Shown here: positions 1 through 8,200 of the stretch, in pieces
Numbering within the stretch: position 1 is the first letter of the stretch
Layout of the letters: each line of letters starts with the position of its first letter
Origin: Octopus sinensis
Lineage: Eukaryota
DNA length: 19,283 bases
Direction: 5' to 3'
NCBI RefSeq assembly: GCF_006345805.1
Contig: NW_021824128.1
Span: 1-19,283 of the forward strand
Translations under genes and position numbers: made by a program
Notes under the pieces: model-generated
Seen by the model: only the letters and a program-made list of their open reading frames with translations
What the model was told of the DNA's origin: nothing
The model's database searches: none

Positions 1-196
1 GGACAGGCATGTTTCGAAGCATAACAGAACACTAATCCAATAGGCCTTCCTGCGAGAGAATTAAAATAAAATTTCAAGCAGCGGGGCACAATGAGTACGA
101 ACACAAACAAGACGTAACAATAAGAATGCAAAATTAAAATACATGTACAAAAACAAACACAAGAGGACGAACGAAAAGCCTTTTTCTGGCATAGAC

Positions 197-500
197 ATAT
201 ATATATGTATATATATGTTATGTATATGTATATGTATATATATATATATGTATATGTATATGTATATATATATGTATATATATATGTATATGTATATATG
301 TATATGTATATGTGTATATATATATATATATGTTATGTATATATATATGTATATATATATATATTTAATGTATATGTATATGTATTATATATATGTATAT
401 GTATATATTATATGTATATATATATGTATATGTATAATATATGTATATGTATATATATGTATATGTATATATAATATATGTATGTATATATATGTATATG
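197..500. repeat. Compound (TA)n/(TATG)n microsatellite
   Basis: Seen directly: ~300 bp made almost only of TA and TATG units. It generates the spurious Y/I/M/C-rich ORFs 143..655 and 205..474. Confidence 0.97.
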
Positions 501-654
501 TTTTAATTTCAATTATCCGCACCAACGCACGGTTGCAACGCCAGATGGTTGTACCTCCAACCGTGCTGTTTACTGCTGTGATTTTTGCTACTAAGGTATC
601 GGTTAAACTTTTGATTAATCTACTACAAGATTATTCATCTTTCTATTTCACATA

Positions 655-691
655 ATATATATATATATATGTATATGTATATATATATATG

Positions 692-725
<34 letters not shown>

Positions 726-726
726 T
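655..726. repeat. (TA)n/(TATG)n microsatellite
   Basis: Seen directly; abuts the 8-bp tail of the LINE fragment at 725-949. Confidence 0.95.
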
Positions 727-949
727 ACTTTGATACTTTGATACTTTGATAGGTTTCGGCCATTATTGGCCCAGGCCATGTCCAACTTAATAGCACCACC
801 TGGTGAAGTCTTTCAAGTCAGAATTTGGGCACTATGGCCCACTCAAGTAGAGAGTTATTGTTTACAGAGACATATCCAGGTGTAGGGGGTTTATCCGGGA
901 TTTCTTGAAGGAATCTGTCCAAAGACTTCTTGAACCCTATAGGGTCAGT
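725..949 (-). mobile_element. CR1-group LINE, 5'-truncated 3' end (fragment A) with (ATCAAAGT)x3 tail
   Basis: Manual translation of minus strand 949->818 gives TDPIGFKKSLDRFLQEIPDKPPTPGYVSVNNNSLLEWAIVPKF*, matching the FK..LD.FL..IPD.P C-terminal motif of CR1-type ORF2. It is followed by a short 3' UTR (GGTGGTGC...CATGGCC...hairpin...GAAAC) and three copies of an 8-bp repeat (plus strand ACTTTGAT at 727, 735, 743). Short tandem-repeat tails, 8 bp in avian CR1, are a CR1 hallmark. Confidence 0.85.
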
Positions 950-960
950 TTATATTTAAA

Positions 961-1201
961 TATTACGGAGATGTACTCGCATAGCAAGTAATTTGATCTG
1001 AGATCGTGTGCTGAAACGAAAACAATTGCAGCGTGGAAGGTGTTTATCAGCCATTTAAGAAACACACAAAAGCCGTTCGATTCACTTCAACATTTAAGTT
1101 TAATTTGTCAAAATATTTTCGTCGCTAAAATCCGCGACCTGTTCACTGACAAAATCCGTGCTGCATCTTAAATGGCTTATAAACATCTTCCACGCTGCAT
1201 T

Positions 1202-1205
<4 letters not shown>
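961..1205 (-). mobile_element. Short non-autonomous element with ~40-bp inverted repeats (1020-1060 / 1166-1205); probable Penelope-like pLTR remnant (MITE is the alternative)
   Basis: AAACAATTGCAGCGTGGAAGGTGTTTATCAGCCATTTAAGA (1020-1060) versus the reverse complement of 1166-1205, AAACAA-TGCAGCGTGGAAGATGTTTATAAGCCATTTAAGA: 2 substitutions and 1 indel. No ORF. It encloses a hammerhead-like motif, typical of Penelope-like elements. The left boundary (~961) is approximate. Confidence 0.6.
1104..1153 (-). ncRNA. Minimal type-I hammerhead ribozyme-like motif (G3:C8 core variant)
   Basis: Minus strand reads UUUGUCA-GUGAACA-G-GUCGC-GGAUUUUA-GCGAC-GAAA-AUAU-U-U-UGACAAA. This gives a 7-bp stem I, core GUGAACA in place of CUGANGA, a 5-bp stem II, GAAA, a palindromic AAUAUU stem III and an UU triplet end. 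The topology is complete; activity is untested. Confidence 0.65.
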
Positions 1206-1278
<73 letters not shown>

Positions 1279-1411
1279 TTATATATAAATATATATATAA
1301 ATATATAATATAAATATATATATATAAATATATATATATAATATATATATATAAATATATATTATAAATATATATATAAATATATATATATAATATATAT
1401 ATATATATATA

Positions 1412-1472
<61 letters not shown>

Positions 1473-1535
1473 TATATGTATATATATATTATATATATAT
1501 ATATATATATAATATATATATAATATATATATATA
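1206..1535. repeat. Interrupted (TA)n microsatellite, ~330 bp
   Basis: Seen directly; nearly pure A/T with occasional AA/TT interruptions. Source of the spurious ORF 1241..1633. Confidence 0.97.
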
Positions 1536-2112
1536 AATCCTTTAAAATGTTTTAGCCCGAAGGCCGCGGCCATGCTGGGCACCACCGCTGAATGAGCTAC
1601 ACTATTTGTGAATCCACCTCTGATACGTGGCACTTGATCAACAAGGATTTCGATGCTGCTGCCCGCATCCGCGTCTCCTGTCGTGAGGTAGGTTCATCTG
1701 GGACTCCCAACAAGAAGAGATCCAGTTTAGTTTTAAAGAAACACACATCCCACCATGTAAGTCTCTCAGGCATTTAGGGAGGATGTTAAGAGCTGTGGTC
1801 CTCTGAAACCCAAGCTGTTGCAGTATCTGGACCTGTATTTTGATGGTGATGTTGGAATCTTTGGCACCATGCAGTGGCACCCCGTTCTGCGGTTGGAGTA
1901 AATTTGAATGCCAAAGTTTGGGACAAGACCCTCCAGGATTTTCCAGATGTATATCACCGCATATCTCTCCCGCCTCCGCTCTAGGGAGAAGAGGTTTAAT
2001 ACCTTCAGTCTTTCCCAGTAGCTGATATTTTGCATTGAGACGATATTCTTTGTGTAGCTTCTGTGAATTGCTACGAGTTCTGCTGTTAGCTTTATATTGT
2101 GCGGTGACCAAA
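1536..2112 (-). mobile_element. CR1-group LINE, 5'-truncated and frameshifted 3' end of ORF2 plus 3' UTR (fragment B)
   Basis: Minus strand from 2110 reads WSPHNIKLTAELVAIHRSYTKNIVSMQNISYWERLKVLNLFSLERRRERYAVIYIWKILEGLVPNFG...GFRGPQL, then after frameshifts NILPKCLRDLHG and DVCFFKTKLDLFLLGVPDEPTSRQETRMRAAAS. The WSPH...ER...SY.ERL..L.LFSLE.RR motif is the post-RT region of CR1-type ORF2. The 3' UTR GGTGGTGCCCAGCATGGCCGCGGCCTTCGGGCTAAAAC runs into (TA)n. Confidence 0.92.
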
Positions 2113-2120
2113 TATATATA

Positions 2121-2347
2121 TGATTGATTGATTGATTGATTCTAGTTTCAGCTCACGAGCTGTGGCCATGCTGGGGCACCGCCATTAGGTGTTGCTACAT
2201 GGTTTTACGCCACGAATGCTTTTTAGCAACTGCTATTAGGTGCATGAGAGAGTTCGATGCAGCTGCTCTTATCTGAAACTCCTGCCGTGAAGTTGGTTCA
2301 TCTGGGATACCTGACAAGAAGAGATCCAGTTTCATTTTATATATCTA
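2121..2347 (-). mobile_element. CR1-group LINE, short 5'-truncated 3' end (fragment C) with (ATCA)x5 tail
   Basis: Minus strand 2338->2195 reads KMKLDLFLSGIPDEPTSRQEFQIRAAASNSLMHLIAVAKKHSWRKTM*, clearly homologous to fragment B (KTKLDLFLLGVPDEPTSRQETRMRAAAS). The 3' UTR is GGCGGTGCCCCAGCATGGCCACAGCTCGTGAGCTGAAAC. The tail is plus-strand TGAT x5 at 2121-2140. Confidence 0.9.
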
Positions 2348-4449
2348 GAAGCCAGTGGAGGCCGCACTGGCAACAGCCGCGTTCGGATGGTGCTTTTTAT
2401 GTGTCACCGGCACAGGTATCACAACTACTGTATCCATTGATATTTGGTTCAATGTTCACTGGCAACGGCCACGTTTGGATGGTGATTTTTATGTGTCACC
2501 GGCACAGGTATCACGACTACTATTTACATTGATATTTGGTTCAATGTTCACTGGCAACGGCCACGTTTGGATGGTGATTTTTATGTGTCACCGGCACAGG
2601 TATCACAACTACTGTTTCCATTGATATTTGGTTCAATGTTCACAGGAAACGGCCACGTTTGGATGGTGATTTTTATGTGTCACCGGTACAGGTATCACAA
2701 CTACTGTTTCCATTGATATTTGGTTCAAAGTTCACTGGCAACGGCCACGTTTGGATGGTGATATTTATGTGTCGCCGGCACAGGTATCACAACTACTGTT
2801 TCCATTGATATTTGGTTCAATGTTCACTGGCAACGGCCACGTTTGGATGGTGATTTTTATGTGTCACCGGCACAGGTATCACAACTAGTGTTTCCATTGA
2901 TATTTGGTTCAATGTTCACTGGCAACGGCCACGTTTGGATGGTGATTTTTATGTGTCACCGGTACAGGTATCACAACTACTGTTTCCATTGAAATTTGGT
3001 TCAAAGGTTCACTGGCAACGGCCACGTTTGGAAGGTGATTTTTATGTGTCACCGGCACAGGTATCACAACTACTGTTTCCATTGATATTTGGTTCAATGT
3101 TCACTGGCAACAGCCACATTTGGATGGTGATTTTTATGTGACACTGGTACAGGTATCACAACTACTGTTTCCATTGATATTTGGTTCAATGTTCACTGGC
3201 AACGGCCACGTGTGGATGGTGATATTTATGTGTCACCGTCACAGGTATCACAACTACTGTTTCCATTGATATTTGGTTCAATGTTCACTGGCAACGGCCA
3301 CGTTCGGATGGTGATTTTTATGTGTCACCGTCACAGGTATCAGAACTACTGTTTCCATTGATATTTGGTTCAATGTTCACTGGCAACTGCCACGTTCGGA
3401 TGGTGATTTTTATGTGACACCGGTACAGGTATCACAACTACTGTTTCCATTGATATTTGGTTCAATGTTCATTGACAACGGCCACATTTGGACGGTGATT
3501 TATATGTGACACCGGTACAGGTATCACAACTACTGTCTCTATTGATATTTGGTTCAATGTTCACTGGCAACGGCCACGTTCGGATGGTGATTTTTATGTG
3601 TCACCGTCACAGGTATCAGAACTACTGTTTCCATTGATATTGGTTCGATGTTCACTGGATAGGCCGCATTTGGATAGTGATATTTATGTGACACCGGAAC
3701 AGGTATCACAACTATTTTTTCCATTGATATTTGGTTCGATGTGCACTGGCAACGGCCACGTTTGGATGGTGATTTTTATGTGACACCGGTACAGGTATTA
3801 CAACTACTGTTTCAATTTATATTTGGTTCAATGTTCACTGGCAACAGCCACATATGGATGGTGATTTTTATGTGACACCGGTACAGGTATTACAACTACT
3901 GTTTCCATTGATATTTGGTTCAATGTTCACTGGCAACGGCCACGTTTGGATGGTGATTTTTATGTGTCACCGTCACAGGTATTACAACTACTGTTTCCAT
4001 TGATATTTGGTTCAATATTCACTGGCAACGGCAACGTTTGGATGGTGATTTTTAAGTGTCACGGGTACAGGTATCAGAACTACTGTTTCCATTGATATTT
4101 GGTTCAATGTTCACTGACAACGGCCACATTTGGACGGTGACTTTTATGTGACACCGGTACAGGTATCACAACTACTGTTTCCATTGATATTTGGTTCAAT
4201 GTTCACTGGCAACGGCCACGTTTGGATGGTGATTTTTATGTGTCACGGGTACAGGTATCACAACTACTGTTTCCATTGATATTTGGTTCAATGTTCACTG
4301 ACAACGGCCACATTTGGAGGGTGATTTTTATATGACACCGGTACAGGTATTACAACTACTGTTTCCATTGATATTTGGTTCAATGTTCACTGCCAACGGC
4401 CACATTTGTATGGTGATTTTTATGTGTCACCGTCACAGGTATTACAACT

Positions 4450-7080
4450 ACTGTTTCCATTGATATTTGGTTCAATGTTCACTGGCAACGGCCAGGTTTG
4501 GATGGTGATTTTTATGTGACACCGGTACAGGTATCAAACTACTGTTTCCATTGATATTTGGTTCAATGTTCACTGGCAACGGCCACGTTTGGATGGTGAT
4601 TTTTATGTGACCCGGCACAGGTATTAAAACTACTGTTTCCATTGATATTTGGCTCAATGTTCACTGGCAACGGCCACGTTTTGTTTGTATGGTGATTTTA
4701 TGTGTCACGGGTACAGGTATCACAACTACTGTTTCCATTGATATTTTGTTCAATGTTCACTGACAACGGCCACATATTGGACGGTGAGTTTTATGTGACA
4801 CCGGTACAGGTATCACAACTACTGTTTCCATTGATATTTGGTTCAACGTTCACTGGCAACGGCCACGTTTGTATGGTGATTATTATGTGTCACCGTCACA
4901 GGTATTACAACTACTGTTTCCATTGATATTTGGTTCAATGTTCACTGGCAACGGCCACGTTTGGATGGTGATTTTTATGTGTCACCGGCACAGGTATTAC
5001 AACTACTGTTTCCATTGATATTTGGTTCAATGTTCACTGGCAACGGCCACGTTTGGATGTTGAGATTTTATGTGTCACCATCACAGGTATCACAACTACT
5101 GTTTCCATTGATATTTGGTTCAATGTTCACTGCAACGCCCAGTTTGGATGGTGGATGTGATTTATGTGTCACCGTCACAGGTATATCACAACTAGTGTTT
5201 CCATTGATATTTGGTTCAATGTTCACTGGCAACGGCCACGTTTGGATGGTGATTTTATGTGTCACCGTCACAGGTATTACAACTACTGTTTCCATTGATA
5301 TTTGGTTCAATGTTCACTGCCAACGGCCACGTTTGGATGGTGATTTTTATGTGTCACCGTCACAGGTATTACAACTACTGTTTCCATTGATATTTGGTTC
5401 AATGTTCACTGGCAACGGCCACGTTTGGATGGTGATATTTATGTGACACCGGTACAGGTATCACAACTACTGTTTCCATTGATATTTGGTTCAATGTTCA
5501 CTGGCAACGGCCAGGTTTTGATGGTGATTTTTATGTGACACCGGTACAGGTATCACAACTACTGTTTCCATTGATATTTGGTTCAATGTTCACTGGCAAC
5601 GGCCACGTTTGGATGGTGATTTTATGTGTCAACGTCACAGGTATTACAACTACTGTTTCCATTGATATTTAGTTCAATGTTCACTGGCAACGGCCACGTT
5701 TGGATGGTGATTTTTATGTGACACCGATACAGGTATCACAACTACTGTTTCCATTGATATTTGGTTCAATGTTCACTGGCAACGGCCACGTTTGGATGGT
5801 GATTTTTATGTGTCACCGTCACAGGTATTACAACTACTGTTTCCATTGATATTTGGTTCAATGTTCACTGGCAACGGCCAGGTTTGGATGGTGATTTTCA
5901 TGTGACACCGGTACAGGTATCACAACTACTGTTTCCATTGATATTTGGTTCAATGTTCACTGGCAACGGCCACGTTTGGATGGTGATTTTTATGTGACAC
6001 CGGCACAGGTATTAAAACTACTGTTTCCATTGATATTTGGCTCAATGTTCACTGGCAACGGCCACGTTTGTATGGTGATTTTTATGTGTCACGGGTACAG
6101 GTATCACAACTACTGTTTCCATTGATATTTGGTTCAATGTTCACTGACAACGGCCACATTTGGACGGTGAGTTTTATGTGACACCGGTACAGGTATCACA
6201 ACTACTGTTTCCATTGATATTTGGTTCAACGTTCACTGGCAACGGCCACGTTTGTATGGTGATTATTATGTGTCACCGTCACAGGTATTACAACTACTGT
6301 TTCCATTGATATTTGGTTCAATGTTCACTGGCAACGGCCACGTTTGGATGGTGATTTTTATGTGTCACCGGCACAGGTATTACAGCTACTGTTTCCATTG
6401 ATATTTGGTTCAATGTTCACTGGCAACGGCCACGTTTGGATGTTGATGTTTATATGTCACCGTCACAGGTATCACAACTACTGTTTCCATTGATATTTGG
6501 TTCAATATTCACTGCCAACGGCCACGTTTGGATGGTGATATTTATGTGTCACCGTCACAGGTATCACAACTACTGTTTCCATTGATATTTGGTTCAATGT
6601 TCACTGGCAACGGCCACGTTTGGATGGTGATTATTATGTGTCACCGTCACAGGTATTACAACTACTGTTTCCATTGATATTTGGTTCAATGTTCACTGCC
6701 AACGGCCACGTTTGGATGGTGATTTTTATGTGTCACCGTCACAGGTATTACAACTACTGTTTCCATTGATATTTGGTTCAATGTTCACTGGCAACGGCCA
6801 CGTTTGGATGGGGATTCTTATGTGACACCGGTACAGGTATCACAACTACAGTTTCCATTGATATTTGGTTCAATGTTCACTGGCAACGGCCAGGTTTTGA
6901 TGGTGATTTTTATGTGACACCGGTACAGGTATCACAACTACTGTTTCCATTGATATTTGGTTCAATGTTCACTGGCAACGGCCACGTTTGGATGGTGATT
7001 TAATGTGTCAACGTCACAGGTATTACAACTACTGTTTCCATTGATATTTAGTTCAATGTTCACTGGCAACGGCCACGTTT
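4450..7080. repeat. Higher-order repeat: two tandem copies of a ~15-monomer (~1.38 kb) block
   Basis: At least 8 private variants recur in order at offsets 1379-1388, e.g. CCAGGTTTGG 4492/5878, GTATTAAAAC 4621/6009, GGACGGTGAG 4779/6162, CCAGGTTTTG 5511/6890. Confidence 0.9.
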
Positions 7081-7419
7081 GGATGGTGATTTTTATGTGT
7101 CACCGTCACAGGTATCACAACTACTGTTTCCATTGATATTTGGTTCAATGTTCAATGCCAACGGCCACGTTTGGATGGTGATTTTTATGTGTCACCGTCA
7201 CAGGTATCACAACTACTGTTTCCATTGATATTTGGTTCAATGTTCACTGGCAACGGCCAAGTTTGGATGGTGATATTTATGTGTCACCGGCACAGGTATC
7301 ACAACTACTGTTTCCATTGATATTTGGTTCAATGTTCACTGGCAACGGCCACGTTTGGATGGTGATTTTATGTGTCACCGGCACAGGTATCACAACTACT
7401 GTTTCCATTGATATTTGGT

Positions 7420-8200
7420 TCAATGTTCACTGGCAACGGCCACGTTTGGATGGTGATTTTTATGTGTCACCGGTACAGGTATCACAACAACTGTTTCCAT
7501 TGAAATTTGGTTCAAAGGTTCACTGGCAACGGCCACGTTTGGAAGGTGATTTTTATGTGTCACCGGCACAGGTATCACAACTACTGTTTCCATTTATATT
7601 TGGTTCAATGTCCACTGGCAACGGCAACGTTTGGATGCTGATTTTTATGTGTCACCGGTACAGGTATCACAACTACTGTTTCCATTGAAATTTGGTTCAA
7701 AGGTTCACTGGCAACGGCCACGTTTGGAAGGTGATTTTTATGTGTCACCGGCACAGGTATCACAACTACTGTTTCCATTTATATTTGGTTCAATGTCCAC
7801 TGGCAACGGCCACGTTTGGATGGTGATTTTTATGTGTCACCGGTACAGGTATCACAACTACTGTTTCCATTGAAATTTGGTTCAAAGGTTCACTGGCAAC
7901 GGCCACGTTTGGAAGGTGATTTATATGTGTCACCGGCACAGGTATCACAACTACTGTTTCCATTTATATTTGGTTCAATGTCCACTGGCAACGGCCACGT
8001 TTGGATGGTGATATTTATGTGTCACCGGTACAGGTATCACAACTACTGTTTCCATTGAAATTTGGTTCAAAGGTTCACTGGCAACGGCCACGTTTGGAAG
8101 GTGATCTTTATGTGTCACCGGCACAGGTATCACAACTACTGTTTCCATTTATATTTGGTTCAATGTCCACTGGCAACGGCAACGTTTGGATGGTGATTTT
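7420..8200. repeat. Higher-order repeat: 185-bp (93+92) dimer x4
   Basis: TGAAATTTGGTTCAAAGGTTCAC at 7501, 7686, 7871, 8056 (exact 185-bp spacing), alternating with a CATTTATATTTGGTTCAATGTCCAC monomer. Confidence 0.95.

Noticed and set aside
1-60. Second hammerhead near the window start (minus strand ...GCTTCGAAACATGCCTGTCC)
   Set aside because: GAAAC-ATG resembles the Penelope motif, but no CUGANGA-like core, no U16.1 and no stem I can be built, and the sequence is cut by the window edge.
143-655. 170-aa Y/I/M/C-rich ORF (and 205..474)
   Set aside because: Translation of a (TA)/(TATG) microsatellite.
1020-1205. Rho-independent terminator or bacterial IS ends for the inverted repeats
   Set aside because: No prokaryotic context, no transposase, and the arms are ~105 bp apart.
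1241-1633. 130-aa minus-strand ORF MPRIRGGF...YIYIYI
   Set aside because: The frameshifted end of LINE fragment B running into (TA)n; not a gene.
1592-2111. ORFs 1638..2111, 1592..1777 and 1840..2025 as independent genes
   Set aside because: Alternative frames or antisense of the decayed LINE ORF2; only short stretches carry the true frame between frameshifts.
2365-2460. tRNA-like cloverleaf origin of the monomer (hairpins CATTGA/TCAATG, TGGC/GCCA, GGTGA/TCACC)
   Set aside because: Stems are only 4-6 bp, there is no acceptor stem and no A/B-box (TGGCNNAGTGG, GTTCRA) match in proper spacing; expected by chance.
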